Shown: positions 1 through 14,010, counted from the first letter of the whole stretch. The stretch: DNA of 63,674 bases, filler included, from Octopus bimaculoides (GCF_001194135.2; 5 parts of 5 records of this genome joined end to end with filler, not necessarily neighbours in it); one strand, 5' to 3'. Numbers and translations: made by a program. Notes: a model not told the origin generated them from the letters alone.

Positions 1-232
1 GGCACATAAAAGACACCATTTCGAGCGTGGCCGTTTTCGTGCGGGTGACACGTAAAAGCACCCACTACACTCTCTGAGTGGTTGGCGTTAGGAAGGGCAT
101 CCAGCTGTAGAAACTCTGCCAAATCAGATTGGAGCCTGGTGCAGCCATCGGGTTTCACCAGTCCTCAGTCAAATCGTCCAACCCATGCTAGCATGGAAAG
201 CGGACATTAAACGATGATGATGATGATGATGA
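1..232 (+). mobile_element. 3' end of RTE-type LINE / LINE-tailed repeat ending in (GAT)n
   Basis: Same sequence recurs at 26953-27222, 45696-46097 and (-)56912-57330; ends aaacgatgatgatg. Confidence 0.7.
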
Positions 233-672
233 TTACATTTTGAGTAACCCAATATTGTATTTTGTCTTGTAAGTTTTCAAAGTGTATGTCAATCAAAAAA
301 AGAAAAGCATACCATAGAGTGATATGCACTCAAAGCTTCAAATCACTGAAATGTTGAAACAATGCATGACAGATATTCAGGAATTTTTTTTCTTGCATAT
401 GCTAGAAATTATGTAGTCAAAAAGTGTTGGACTTTTGGGCAGCTGGAAAAGACACCAGGGTATAGAATGATATAGGGAGTCATCCAGAAAGCTAGTGTAA
501 ATCAGAAGACTCAAATGAGACAAGATTGTGATTCATTACATTTTTTTTATAACTTAAGACTATAAGATTAGAATTATTGCAAAGCTTAATAAACAGTTTC
601 ATCTGATTTATATTGTTGGCAATTAAGCTTGTACAATTTAATATTTTTATTTTTTATAATTTCAGACATAAT

Positions 673-1023
673 ATGGCTTCTCCACCACGTTTTGCATATC
701 TTGATTTGGAGAATAGCCAAAATCAAAACAATACCAAGGCTAAATCCAACAATGAAATACCTGCTGGTGCCAGCAGCTTTATGGAGGTTCTTACCCCAAC
801 TACATTTTCTTTGGCTCTGGAAAGCAATGCTGGAATTGACTGCTTTGGGAATGAGCGCCATGCCTTGGCCAACCAAGCCAAATTTTTTAATAACCAGCTT
901 TTAAGTGATATCACATTGGTAGTTGTGAAGAAAAAATATTTCTGTCACAAATTGATTCTTGTGAAATCAAGTGATGTGTTTGAACGTATGTTTAGTTCTG
1001 ATTGGGATAAATCCCAACGGAAG
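673..1023 (+). CDS. BTB/POZ-BACK domain protein (BTBD17-like, C-terminal MATH/TRAF-like domain), coding exon 1
   Basis: Acceptor tttcag at 665, ATG at 673 in aatATGG context. BTB start 'FFNNQLLSDITLVVVKKKYFCHKLILVKSSDVFERMF'. Donor AAG|gtaagt at 1023, phase 0. Confidence 0.9.
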
Positions 1024-1690
1024 GTAAGTCTTTTTTCATATTTACAGTTCAGGATCTTTATGTTAAATGAAAATGTTGTTAATCCACTGGATTGTTATAG
1101 TAACACTGAATTGTTTTTTTCTTTAATTCAATCTCAATGTGAAATATTTTATGTGATGAGAAAATTCTTCTCTAAACTATTGACTGTAGCCCCAACTAGG
1201 AATTGAAACTGGTTTGTTGTTTCTTTTCTCCAATAACTTAGCATCACTCTGAACTAAGCGAACATTGTCTGTTAAGTTTTAAATAAGATAAATATTCAGG
1301 AATGTTGGTTTTTCAGAGAGTGTTCATCTTTAGTTGATTAACAAGAGAAAAGAATGTGGCAACAACTTTAATTCAAATTCTGGTATCGTCTTCAGACTTA
1401 AGTAATTTTAGAAGCTGTTTTGGAATTCTTTCAGTTATTATCTGTGAAAACATAGGAGAAAAAAACTTAAATCATTGTCCTCACTTGAAATAAAATTTAT
1501 TTCTTGTTGTGATTCATTGATGGATACACTGGAGTAATTTACTGTTGTATCTTTCTGAACCCTGGTAGGAATTGAGCCCTACATGCTAAGATTGGAGAGC
1601 CTACAAAGTTCACAAGAACTGTCTTCATTCCTCCTCTGACTAGTAATATATGTAACACATTACTCAAGTATTGTGTAACAGAATACTACA

Positions 1691-1893
1691 CAGGGTGAGC
1701 CAAAAGTCATGCACAGCATGCTCTGAAATTGCCAAAGGCATGCTTCAATTTTCCTAAAATTGAATAAAATAAATAAAATAATGACAAATACACATATCTT
1801 TGTACATGATGAGCAAAATGAATAATAATAATAATAAAAATGTAATATAAATAAAATGTGAATGCTTTAGTGCATAACTTTTGGCCCACCCTG
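1691..1893. mobile_element. Tc1/mariner-like MITE with 24-bp TIRs
   Basis: CAGGGTGAGCCAAAAGTCATGCAC (1691-1714) vs GTGCATAACTTTTGGCCCACCCTG (1870-1893), 2 mismatches; AT-rich interior. Confidence 0.7.
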
Positions 1894-2489
1894 TTTAACA
1901 AAATACTCAAATCCAAAATTATCAAATACTATGACTTAGTTACCTACAACTTTTAGTTTACTTCTTGAGGGCACCTATTTGCAATTGTTGTTTAGCCCTT
2001 AGTTGGCTCTGATTATGTGAAATTAGGATTAAAGGCATTCCAGCCATGACTATCTTGCTTTTTGGTGGGTATATTCTATGCAAGACTACATTGTCCAATG
2101 AAACTTTTCTTTTTAAGATGGCACAATGTGATTTGAAGGGGGTTTAGTTCCCATTTCCAGCAGCTTAAGTGACCATTTCATTGGTTCATTGTGAATTTAG
2201 TGTCTCTGCTACAGTACTGTGATCGTAACAGAAGAGCAAGTGTTGACTTTTCTGCTGACTTGTTAGCAATCTAGCTTAATTAGTTGGGACCAAGCAAATA
2301 TGTGAGCTTTATTTCACTTGTTAGAAATATCCTCAAATTACATCCTACCATTTTCAGAGGTGTGGGGTATTGGCTAAAATAGTTCTAGATATGCAGTGCT
2401 CAAGAGGACAGAGTGCTTATGCATGGAATGCCTTCTATCAAAGATCTGCACCATCCAGACTTACTTAGATGTGGCTCAATAATCTTTTC

Positions 2490-2720
2490 CTTCTCTTGGC
2501 ACAAAACCTGAAATTTGGGGGCAGGGGCTAGTCGATTACATTGACTCCAGTGCTCAACTGGTACTTACTTCTTCGACTCCAAAAAGATGAAATGCTAAGT
2601 CGACCTTGGCGGAATTTGAACTCAGAACGTAAGGATGGATGAAATGCCACTAAGCATTTTGCCCGGCATGCTAATGATTCTGCCAGCTTGCTGCCTTATA
2701 TATGTGGCTCAATAATAACA
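2490..2720 (-). mobile_element. tRNA-derived SINE (high-copy 'aagtaccagtt' family)
   Basis: A-box-like ctggcagaatc and B-box-like gagttcaaattcc on the minus strand. Many copies in the window (about 3200-3380, 17120-17780, 27940-28600, 33840-34040, 49000-49230, 52220-52440). Confidence 0.75.
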
Positions 2721-3614
2721 ACTAATTGTACTGTTGCATTATTGGTTCTGAATTCATTGATCACAGAAGGAAATGCTAAATCACCTGTAATCTATACATT
2801 TAATTATAAGCAACTTAAACAAACTTTAATTTGGTACAACAGTTTATCATCCTTCAAATCAGCTCTTATTTACACAATCTTTGACACTAAAATAGCCTTG
2901 GAATAGCAACATTTCAGTGCTGTCTCACTCCCAACCGACCTTAATAAATATACAGTTCCTGGTTTTCAGTCTTTGTAGAACTGAACGGTTAAACTTACCA
3001 TGTTGAGATTTGAGCTCAGAACTGAATATTTAAGGGATTAGTTTAAAACAGTATTCAATTTCTCTTTCTCCTATCCATTAAGACTGATTTTCTAACTTAA
3101 TGTTCTACTTTAGGTCATTAGTAAAAGTGGGAGGAAATGGTTCCAAAACCAGGTCATTTCATTTTATCTTCCTCTATGATATTCACTGTTATAATAATTC
3201 TCTCTACTGTAAGCACAAGGCCTGAAAGTATCAGTGCTCAACTGGTACTTATTTTATCAACCCCAAAATATGCAAGTCAAGTTCGACCTTGGCAGAATTT
3301 GTACTCAGAATGTAAGGCCAGAATAACTGCCACTAAGCTTTTGGTGCGACATGCTAACAATTCTGCCAATTAGCTGACTTGCTCCCTGTTATAATGATAA
3401 TTACAGCTTTGTCTATTAATTTGACACCTGTACTTTTCTGGTGTTACCACTCATAAAGGAATGAAAGTCAGAACTAATTTGGGTGAAATCTGAAGTCACA
3501 ATATATTCCATCATTTCTGAAAATAATGGTAGACCCTTCAAAAAGATTCTATTGAAAACACATAAACCTTATATATTGGTTGTGCCTTATCATATTTATT
3601 TTAATTTTTTGCAG

Positions 3615-4709
3615 GAGATTGAGCTACAAGAGGACAGTATGTGTGCCACTGTGTTTCCACGCTTTCTTAAATTTCTCTACAGCTGTCACGTGCGTTTGAA
3701 CATTGGCAATACACTTTCCATGCTAATCCTTTCTGATAAATATAATGTAGAAGACCTTCGTAATGTTTGCATAAACTTTGCCTGCACTTGCATTATTCCA
3801 CGACTACAATTGAAAGATGTTTTCCACATATGGTTCCAGTATGCGACAAAGTGCTATCACAAAAACTTAGTGCAAGCTTGTGTACAAGCACTGTCTGAGA
3901 AAATGGATGATATCATGATGTCAGTTGAGTGGGAACAAGAATGGCTTACTATTGAAAGAGATCAGCTTATTGAATTCTTGAAGAGTTCTGAGCTGACCAT
4001 TAAGGATGAATATGAACTCTGGGAGGCTGTACTAAAATGGTTGCTTTCTACTGAGCATCCTACAAGAGCTGAAAACCTACGCAGTAATGTAAAAGCAGTA
4101 ATTGAACACATTCGTTTCCCAATGATGACTCCTGATCAACTATGTCAAGTGGAGAACTGTAAAGTTGTTCTGGAGATGCCTGATATATTTCAGCCATACT
4201 TGATGCAAGCCTACAAATACCATGCCCTCCCTCTAACCAGTAGAGCCATGATAAAAGAATTCACTTCTGCTAGCTTTTTGCTACGTAATTACACTGATCT
4301 TCGTTGGGACAAGCGCGTTGTTATTCAACGCTACACAGAATGCCAGAAATGTGCTGAAGTTAGTTTCCGATTTGCTACACGTGCTTCCACATTTCCTGCT
4401 CAGACATGGGAGTGGGAGCTGAAGCTTCATCCAAAAGGCTTTTCTTCAACTTGTGATGACTTTAGGGCTGTTTTGTACTCCAATCTCATTCTTGATCAGC
4501 CAAGACCAGTGGAATATTTGCTGTCATTAGTTGATCGAGAAAAGATTCTGCACTCAGTAAGTGGTAAGAAAAACTTTTCCAAAACTAGGTATACCACTGA
4601 CACTGAAATGGACAAAAAGATCTCTCTCAGTGACCTATCCCAGCCCAACTGTCCTCTCTTGATTGATGATAATCTTGTTCTACAGATTGTTCTTAGGCCA
4701 GTTGGATAA
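3615..4709 (+). CDS. BTB/POZ-BACK domain protein, coding exon 2 (rest of BTB, BACK, MATH/TRAF-like C-terminus; 481 aa total)
   Basis: Acceptor tttgcag|GAG, phase 0 joins exon 1. Motifs 'FLKFLYS..LILSDKYNVEDL' (BTB), 'EYELWEAVLKWL..IRFPMM' (BACK), 'WEWELKLHPKGF' (MATH-like). Stop TAA at 4709. Confidence 0.9.
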   Translation, partial: EIELQEDSMCATVFPRFLKFLYSCHVRLNIGNTLSMLILSDKYNVEDLRNVCINFACTCIIPRLQLKDVFHIWFQYATKCYHKNLVQACVQALSEKMDDIMMSVEWEQEWLTIERDQLIEFLKSSELTIKDEYELWEAVLKWLLSTEHPTRAENLRSNVKAVIEHIRFPMMTPDQLCQVENCKVVLEMPDIFQPYLMQAYKYHALPLTSRAMIKEFTSASFLLRNYTDLRWDKRVVIQRYTECQKCAEVSFRFATRASTFPAQTWEWELKLHPKGFSSTCDDFRAVLYSNLILDQPRPVEYLLSLVDREKILHSVSGKKNFSKTRYTTDTEMDKKISLSDLSQPNCPLLIDDNLVLQIVLRPVG

Positions 4710-5883
4710 ATGTTTGTCCTTTATTGTTGTTTTGTAAATGTCTAATGTCTTCTAAAGCCACTCACTTGCTTCCCATCAGCTTTACATATTCATGCCCACA
4801 TATACACAAACATATACTTATACATATAGGATGATTGAAATAAGCTCAACAAAACTGTTTCCATTTAAACTATTGTGATTTTTTATTTAAAATCTTTTTT
4901 GTTGTTATTTTTGTTTTGTTTTTTTGTTAAAAGAAAAGAAAAAAAGAAACTGATAAAATGTATTTTCCCTCCTCAGATTATGCTTAGAATAATTTTAGTA
5001 TATTTTCCTTTTTGTCTTTTTTTAATACTTTGTCCATTTTAATCATATCTGGATCCTGCTGAAGCCAGTAGCTATTGAAACAATACTGGTAAATGCTTTT
5101 GCTATATTAACCAAAGATATATATTTTTGGATTATGAACAATATTTTTTAACATTATATTTCATATCTGAAGTTTTTAGGACTTTTTCTAGCAACAACTC
5201 CATTTGTTTTACTGGGATTGAGTAAACTTGTTGTTTATTAATTGTTACACTCACGCTATTACTGGTTTTGCAGTTTCTGTGCTATAAGTGTGGCATTTGA
5301 AAACAAGATAACACTACTATAGTTTCCACTGACATAAGTAAAACACCTAAACAGTTAAATTTATGAAAAAGGAGAAATTTGTAATAATTTAAGAAATTTT
5401 AAAATTTTTATTGTGTTTATTTCACTGATTACATCCATGTTGTAATATATACTTCAAGTTCATACTTGCCCATGCTTTGCATGTAAAATTTCAACAGCCT
5501 TTTGTTATGAATTAGAAATTAAATGAAAATTAACTGAATGGAAATTTGGTATATGTAAAGCATATTTAAACAGGAGTTTAAAATGTGTGCACTAAAACAC
5601 AAGACCAGGAAAGAATGAGCGTAACAATTTCAAATTTCAGTTCAAACTTTGCTAAAGCATAGCTGAAGTCTTGTGCTCTCTTACCTGCATTGTTACAAGT
5701 ATGAATATTCTATTAAGGACACATATTAGCACGAAGTTCACTGAAACAGTTTGAAAGGAATTCTGGAAAGTACCGCAGTACCTTTTAGACATTTCAATTA
5801 AATCCAGTACATGCCAACATGTTTAAACATTTATTTTAAAAATCTCTTTCTATCATGAAATTTTTGTAGATTCTATCTGAATC

Positions 5884-5982
5884 AACTTAATGGAAATGTT
5901 AACAGATGGAACTTAATGGAAATGTTAACAGATGGAACTTAATGGAAATGTTAACAGATGGAACTTAATGGAAATGTTAACA
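5884..5982. repeat. 26-bp tandem repeat, ~3.8 copies
   Basis: Unit aacttaatggaaatgttaacagatgg repeated exactly. Confidence 0.95.
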
Positions 5983-8488
5983 TTATGATGGAAAGTTTGT
6001 TATTAATGTAACATTCCATTTATGATATTATATTAAGAGTTTTATGAGTTTATTGTTATAAAACTTAACTGAAACACTATTACATTCCATTCAATTTCAG
6101 TTTGCTTTTTTAATAAGATGATAACGAAAAGAATAGAAGCACTTGGTTGAATGTTTTATCTGTAACCTTAGTACCTTATTGTTCTAAGTTCAAAACCAGG
6201 CAGGTTTTTCTCTACTTTTGGTTTTTTCCAGGGTTTATAAAATCAATACCAACAACATAGAAGGGCTGATGCCAAAGAATTTAATATTTATAAAGCAATC
6301 AAAGCTAAAATTTAGTCAAATCAGTATGACTATAGCTATTATTATGCTCATATTTAAGCAAATAACTAGCTTTTCTTTTCTTCTGAACTTTTCTAAATGT
6401 TATTAAATATGAAGTGATTTTCCTCATCATGGAATCTGTGATAATATATTTAAATGCTTTACATTTTTTTCTTTAAGAAATATTAAAAAAAAATTAAATT
6501 GTTCATTAAGATAAATATTGAAATTTAATTTTCTTAATATGCTATCTTTGCCTAAGAATTCTTCTGTGTATATTTGTGATGTTGTTTAACGACAGTTCAG
6601 CTGTAACAGAAGAGTAAATACAAGGCAATATTCATTGGCTTGCAGCTCACTCTCTCATCTCCTTTCCACTCAACAGACTGACAGCAGTAAAATTAATTCC
6701 CTTAGTTTTCATTCACCATACTGAATTCTAAATATTGGACTAACAATGGTTTCTGAAGAAATAAAAAGTACACCACATTTACCCTTAACGCTAACTTAAG
6801 CCCACTAAGCTTAGGTGTCATTAGAAAGTACATGACTGAATATAAACTGGTTTAAAAAGCATGTCTGACTCAGCTTGAATAAATGAAACACACTATCACA
6901 AACTGATGAGTATGGTTGTCTTATACCAACAGCACAAAATCTTTAAATGTGAGAAAATAATTTGATTTAGCAACAAACAATTATAGCAGATTCTATATTA
7001 ATTACTTTGCATTTTGACAAGAAAATACAAATCCCATGCCCACACACATGCACACATATTTGACATCTACAAGTGCTAATCTAAGACAGTAAAAGAGAAC
7101 AAGCTCTCCAATGGGATTTGAACCTTGTATCTATTGTATTTTTGAGAAGATGGCAGGTGCTCTTTTATGTGTTGGTAATGTAGTCATCTGGAATATGGTA
7201 GTTGAAGTTTGACTCCTGTTGAAAGGCCTGTTCACTTTTATGCCTCAGAGTGGTGCTTGTTTGTACCATATATATTTAAAAGCTTAACTGTTCATATATA
7301 ATTATTATAAATAATATATGTACACACACACACTTATTTATTTGGAGTTGTATGTCTTTGACAAATTTCTTGATCCAAGACTGTTGAAACTGAAATAGTG
7401 TGGAAAAATCATGTAATGGAACAATGAAGCAGTTTCTCATTCAGCTGAAACTTCTTTTTTTTAAACAGCTATAGAAATTGAATCCACTTCAACCATTAAT
7501 CAATTGCCAGTAAAAACAAAGTGCTCACGTACTAATTCAAAGGCTTTGTTGTAATAAACTAAAACATTCCATAAACTGAACCTTTACATATTTTCCCCTC
7601 ATTAATTACAATGAATCTACAGCTATGACAAAAAGAAACCTCTTGTGCATTAAGGCTTTATGGAAAATATTTTGTAAACTTCACAGTATTTTGTTAAATG
7701 TTTTTCATCTGCATGATTCATCTAGAAAAAGAAAGTAAAATAATAGTCTATATTCTAATTTTGTTTTGTCATTCCAATCAAGAACATTTACAAGCTGTTG
7801 GTATTATTGTTGCTAATCTTGTTAAACAAATTCTTAGTTTTGATATTTATACTTAAATGTAGACAGAATCATTTGTAAGGTAGGTACATGGCTTGGGTAT
7901 CATATGGTTTCATATACCAAATGTTATATTATGTATTGAGTATTGACTTTCAATATAATTGGTAAAGCCTTCCAGCTAAGTTGAACGGATAGGATTTTAA
8001 ACTAGTTACAAGAGTCAAAAGCTTGTATTATTACTGTAGTAGATTCATTGCAAAGACATATAACACTCACTTGCTCTAACCACATAAGCTGTAAATAAAA
8101 ATGATATGTGGTCACAGTCACCACTGTGAATAGTTGAATTACTTATATAACTGGTGAATGTTTCTTTAGTTTGTGGTGCTGAAATTAAATTCTTTTATGA
8201 GTAAAGCTTAGGGAGATTTGGGCTTTGACAGGCTCATTTGGGAAAGATATAATTCATGGAGAGGACATCTTAAAGTGACTGAATATTCTTTTATTCTTTT
8301 GATGGTGTTATTTATTGTTTGTGATTATCTGTGGGTAACAACTTTAAGGATTGTAATCAGCCATATCAAACCCAGTATTTTCTTCAGTCAAGTACTTGCT
8401 ATCTGATTGAGATCAATAAAATAAGTTTTATATATTCTTTTCCCATTGATGAATGTAATTTGATGTACTGTTTTCAGTTATACACCAT

Positions 8489-8549
<61 letters not shown>

Positions 8550-8989
8550 TACATAGTTAGGCTTCTACAGTTTATGTTTACCAAATTTCAGTTTCAAGGC
8601 ATTGGTCAAAACAAGATATAGAAAACACTTTCCCAAGGAATCACAATGTAATATAAAACCCATAGCCATGTAGTCGTGAAGTGATTTGATAACACTCAAC
8701 TATGGCACACTTTTTTAATATTTTGTGAGACCCTGAGGAAGCCAATGATATTGTTAATTTCCAATCGATATCTTTTTGTTTCAACTTGATGTTTCAGAGA
8801 TGTTTTTTATAGCAATCCAAAAAGAAAATGGTTCTCATAACCATTTTACGTTCCCCTATGTTGCTTGTCACATTAACTGGGTGAGGCTAGAGTAATACTA
8901 CAATTGTTTCTAAATTTGCAAATATATTCTTTTACTCTTTGTTCTAAAACTATGTGAGTCCATTTGTAAATGAACTCACACTCATTTGT

Positions 8990-9023
<34 letters not shown>

Positions 9024-9821
9024 TATGTATTATTATTTACATTCAAATAAAGTTTAGCTAACAAATTATTCTTAATGAGGAAATTATGTGCTCTTAACTG
9101 CAGGCAAGCCAGAATGCCATTAGTATGCATAGAAAATATATTTTGGTGGGTGAGTTTGTTGTTTTCAAATTCTTTGTGATTGAGTTACAAAAGTAGTGGA
9201 GAGCTGGACTAAATTTTTGTGTTCTAAGTTTGAATCTCAAAAGTTCATTTTTCAAAAACTTTTACTTTCTCCTATTCAAATATGTGGTCTTGTATCAGTG
9301 TAAGAAACTTTTAACTTTTATAATGTTGTATGACCCATGCTTGTGAGTAACTCCAGAAAATTAAACTGAGAATAAAGTGTTAAGCCAAGAGAACAGTAGT
9401 TCAAAATAATTTAGGGAACACTGGTATTAATTATTTTGACCAAAAGTGTAAGAAATTAAAAAAAAACCCATTAAATGCTACATTTGTTATTTACAGTATT
9501 ATACTGTGTAGATTTATACTATAGTTTACAAATATTTAATTTCTTTTTGCCATTATGTTCAGGAACACTTGTTTTATATAAAAAAAAAAGACAGACTTTG
9601 AAGTTATATATTTTCTATCTCTGTTTTTTGAGAGAACCATAAATGTGTGTTACTGTGAATATGTTTGTTATCAGTTGTATTAGTTTGTAATATTTCTTGT
9701 ATGTCTCAATCAGAAGCTCTGTCCATTACATTATCATAGAAAGAAAAAAAGCAACTATACATTTTTTGTGTATTTTACTCTTGTTATATAAAACTGTTTC
9801 CACAGTATCAGTCTTCATTTC

Positions 9822-9875
<54 letters not shown>

Positions 9876-10499
9876 CTTTACATGAATGAAGAGACAAAAA
9901 AGAAAAGGGAAAAAATTAGTTTTCTATTTTATTTCTTTTGCTTACTATAAAATAATGGGGTGCACACATTAAATTCAAAATGTAAAAGACAATTGTTAAA
10001 TTAAGGAGCTGAACTAGTTTTATAGGTTTCATATATTTATGTGTTGAGAGTTTGGTGATATTTGGTCAACATTCAAGTAGCTTCCAGAAATATGTAAAGA
10101 AAGATTGATAGGAGAAAAGGACAGTCAAATTAGTACTTCATACTTAATTAGAATTGTTATCCCATTAATTTAAGTAATAAAATTTTGCGGGTGAAGACAA
10201 GAAAATATTTGCTCAATTATATAAGAATAATCTGATCTTTGCAAGGACAGCACTAACTCTGAATATGTTTCAGTCTTATTTGACTTTGTCAGCTAAACAT
10301 TGTCTTTTCTGTACTTGTCAGAATAGCAGTAAGGGATTCATTATATTAGTGAAAGATTCATTACAACTATATTTTTTCTAAAACTATGAGAGAGAGAGGG
10401 AGTTCACTTGTAAGCACTATCTGCACATATTGTGATAGTATGATTCATTAGTAGGCCACAAAAAAAAAAAAGAGGCAGACAATTTTGCTAGAAGATTCA

Positions 10500-11200
10500 T
10501 AGTCCAAGCATTATTTTGCTGATATTGAGTGCAAGAGTTGTAATGTGTAAACACTATCTAGTTTGGTTTGCAAGAGTGGGTAATTTTCTCTTAAGGGTTG
10601 TAGGACTAGTGTCTAACTTGAGATGCTATAGGGTCTGGGAGGTTGTAGCATTACATAGTATGTAGTGTGGTGGGTAGTTGCAGTAAGGTAGTCCTCAGTT
10701 GACTTTTGCAGAGATAGTAATGGTTTGGTAGAGGTTAGGTTTGGTGGTGTCTGTATGTCAATAGAGGATTTGTGTAAGAGATGGAATTGGTGTAGAAAGC
10801 TGGAGAAATATTCAGTTTATGCAGTGGTAGCATCAATATGGGATGAGTGAGAACCACAAATAGTTGTGTATATTGAAATCAATGAAGAAAATGTCTTTTG
10901 AGAGAAGTTAAGTGAGATCAATAAACTTGATGCAGGAAAAAATATTGATAAAAAGCTGTTGGTGGTTCGAAGATTTTGGAGATTGGTAGAGCAAGCAGAT
11001 GTATTTAGTAAAACCTACATGTGTGAAGACATTGGCTTTCCAACTAAAGAATGTAACTTTAATTGCTAAGATGGATAATAGGTAGATGAAAGATTTATGC
11101 CCCAAAGAGAAATAGAATGTGTAGCTTGTGGTGATGTGTGAGGTTTAAGTTGAGTCAGATACCACAAATATCAGAGAAAATGAGATTTTATCCTGCAGGT
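10500..11200 (-). mobile_element. Decayed CR1/L2/Jockey-group LINE, APE endonuclease remnant
   Basis: Minus translation 'YICLLYQSPKSS...DIFFIDFNIHNYLW' resembles the APE motifs 'VYxSP' and 'GDFNxH'; stops and frameshifts present. Confidence 0.5.
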
Positions 11201-11977
11201 TTAGTCTTATTTCTGGAAATCTAGCAAATTATAAATGATAAACCCCTGCTGAAAGCCTGGTCTCAATACTTGCAATAGCCTGAACATTATAAAATCATCA
11301 TTGATCAGTTGGTGTTAAACTGGGTAGCATTATATGCCTACCACACTCGAAATGGCTCCAGACCTTTTGGACTGCAGTTATTCTAAACTGCTTTCAAGGC
11401 TTTTAGTTGTGTATATCAACCCCAATACATTTTCTGGTACTTATTTCTACTACTCAATTTTTTAATTGAAGTGTACTTTTGTACGAAGGGATCTAACTCA
11501 GACTTAATACAAAACAGTATTTTTTGTTTGATGTATTTTCATGCAATAAATAAATAAATATATATATAGTAATGTAGTATTTAAAAGCAACCACTGTGAC
11601 ATGACTGTCAGGATGCTGTGAGTGCCTGACAACATACTAGGTGCCATGCACTCAATTCCATCTGTACTTGATCCAGGAATGCAGCTTTGTCAAAGAAGTG
11701 AGTTGTAGAAAAAAAAGAGTCTACCAAACGGTGACCACACCTGCCCACCAACAAGGAAATGCTCGAGATGTAATGTCATTGCATAATAGTGCGTCATTAA
11801 CTACAAACTGAAAGATACCCATCGTATATCATCATCATCATCGAATGAGTGCATTTTATGTGGCATCAGCACAAGTGCATTTTATGTGGAACTGGCATAT
11901 AAAATGTACATGTATGTATATGTATATATATATAAGTATATGTATGTGTATATATATATATACATGTGTGTGTCTAT

Positions 11978-13082
11978 ATTAGGGTGTTTGGGAAGGATAT
12001 AAAACCGAATATAAGCTATGTTTATCTGAATAGTTTTAATCAAGAATGTAATCATTGTTTTCAACAACCGCCGCCCAACAGGAAAGTAACTTTTTTTCTG
12101 CCATGTTCAAAGAAACCTATTTGTTTTCCTGAAAAAAACGTCTGAAAGAGTATTTGCAACTTTCTGTTTCTGAGTGTTTTGCCTCTTATAAAATGTTTTA
12201 GTGGTTGGAACAGATGGAAATCCGTAGGTGCTAAATCAGGTAAGTATGAAAGACGTAGAAGAACTTCTCATCCTAACAATTTTATAATTTCTTGGGTTTG
12301 TTTTGAAGAGTGTAGCTGTGCATTGTCATGCTGGAGATAAACACCTGTTCTGTTTACCAAAACTAGCCACTTTCAACGTAATTTTTCATTTACATGATCA
12401 AGTAGTTGGCAATAGACATCTGCATTGATAGTCCTTCCGTGTTCCAATAGCTCGTAATGGACGATACCTTTCATGTTCCACCAAACACAGTGCAAGGATT
12501 TTTGTGAATGGAGTTCTGGTTTAGGTGTTGGCGCTGGCCTCTCATTATATGATGATCTTTGTCTTTTTCATTATCTGATGCAAAACCCATTTTTCATCAC
12601 CTGTAACAATGCACTGCAGAAATGACAAGTTGTTGTTCCTGGCTAGAAGACTGCTGCAGATGGTGGAACAATGTGTTTGGTTCTCAAGCTTAAGTAAAGG
12701 TTGTCATTCAGAGTAGATCATCTTCCAGAGCAAGGCTTGTCGGATATGTCACAATCGCCTTCCTTAAAAGCATCTAAACAACAGCTGACATGTACAAGCT
12801 TTCACTGTATTCAGATACATTTCACAAATGTCTCACATTGCTTCTGTAGCAGTAGTTTTGTTTCGAAACTCATACAGTAAGCAATGGGAAATATGTTGTT
12901 TTATAAAGTTCTTATCTTCCATTTGGTTAATTACCAAAATAACTATGAATGACTCATTGCTGGATAGAAGAGTTTATATGCTATTTCTAGACAGTTCTTA
13001 CCCAATTTGACCTTGGCTCTGATGTAAGTGGTTGATTCATATTTCATAGTTGTGGAAAAATGCAATTACTTTCCGTACCCCC

Positions 13083-13086
<4 letters not shown>
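11978..13086 (-). mobile_element. Decayed mariner transposon
   Basis: Minus frames give 'HISHCLLYEFRNK', 'FLQCIVTGDEKWV' and 'SYLPDLAPTDFHL' (mariner IVTGDEKW and YSPDLAPSD motifs); TA-rich flanks. Confidence 0.85.
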
Positions 13087-13129
<43 letters not shown>

Positions 13130-13373
13130 CAAGGGATTAAACCAAAATTTTAATTTATTATCTGTCTTTTTCTTGACTACAACCTGTGTCTGTTTTTGGA
13201 GTTTCTTTTAAGGAGGTTTTAACACCTTTGGCATCTATTTTCAGTGCATGGTGAGGTGTTTTAACAATCTCNNNNNNNNNNNNNNNNNNNNNNNNNNNNN
13301 NNNNNNNNNNNNNNNNNNNNNNNNNNNNNNNNNNNNNNNNNNNNNNNNNNNNNNNNTATAAAACATATAAATA

Positions 13374-13993
13374 TATAGTTTTAAAGAAAAGAACCAAAGT
13401 TCATGAACTCATCCATGAAAATCCACAGTCACATATAGAAAAATTAATAAGTAAATGCACGATAAATAAGTATAATATAATACAAAGTAAAAATCTTAAG
13501 ATAATGATAATAAAACGACTACACGTGTTTCATAACCAAGTTTTCAAATAGAAAATAAAATATATTCAAATTGATTAAATCGATCAAAAATCAATTCTAT
13601 TCAAAAATATAGCTAATCTTCAGGTCAAAATACAACAACAATAATAATAATAAAAAGTATGTATATATCAACTAACAATAAATAACAAATGAATGTATAT
13701 ATAAATACTTATATTAAGATAGAAAAATGTTAAACAATATTATTAAAAATACCAAATGTTATAAACGTGCCATAATTAACTTTATGTTTATTATAATATA
13801 AACTAACAGAACTATTACATGCAAACCTTATCTTTCGTCTAAACACGTGTAGTCGTTTTATTATCATTATCTTATGATTTTTACTTTGTATTACATTATA
13901 CTTATTTATCAAGCACTTATTAATTTTTCTATATGTGACTGTGGATTTTCATGGATGAGTTCATGAACTTTGGTTTTTTTCTCTAAAACTATA
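13374..13993. mobile_element. Foldback MITE with ~155-bp terminal inverted repeats in a (TA)n tract
   Basis: 13374-13530 is the near-perfect reverse complement of 13841-13993. Confidence 0.85.
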
Positions 13994-14010
13994 TATATAT
14001 ATATATATAT

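Noticed and set aside
1024-1206. Extensions of the BTB ORFs in the ORF track (613-672, 1024-1206, 3483-3614)
   Set aside because: Read-through into intron sequence beyond clear splice sites.
6903-6935. CTGATGA followed by a short stem (hammerhead-like)
   Set aside because: No GAAA after the stem and no stem I or III; likewise the CTGAAGA near 63165 (-).
8090-8097. TGTAAATA Pumilio response element downstream of the BTB gene
   Set aside because: A single 8-mer in AT-rich DNA 3.4 kb past the stop is expected by chance. No perfect element was found in the available pumilio 3' flank either.
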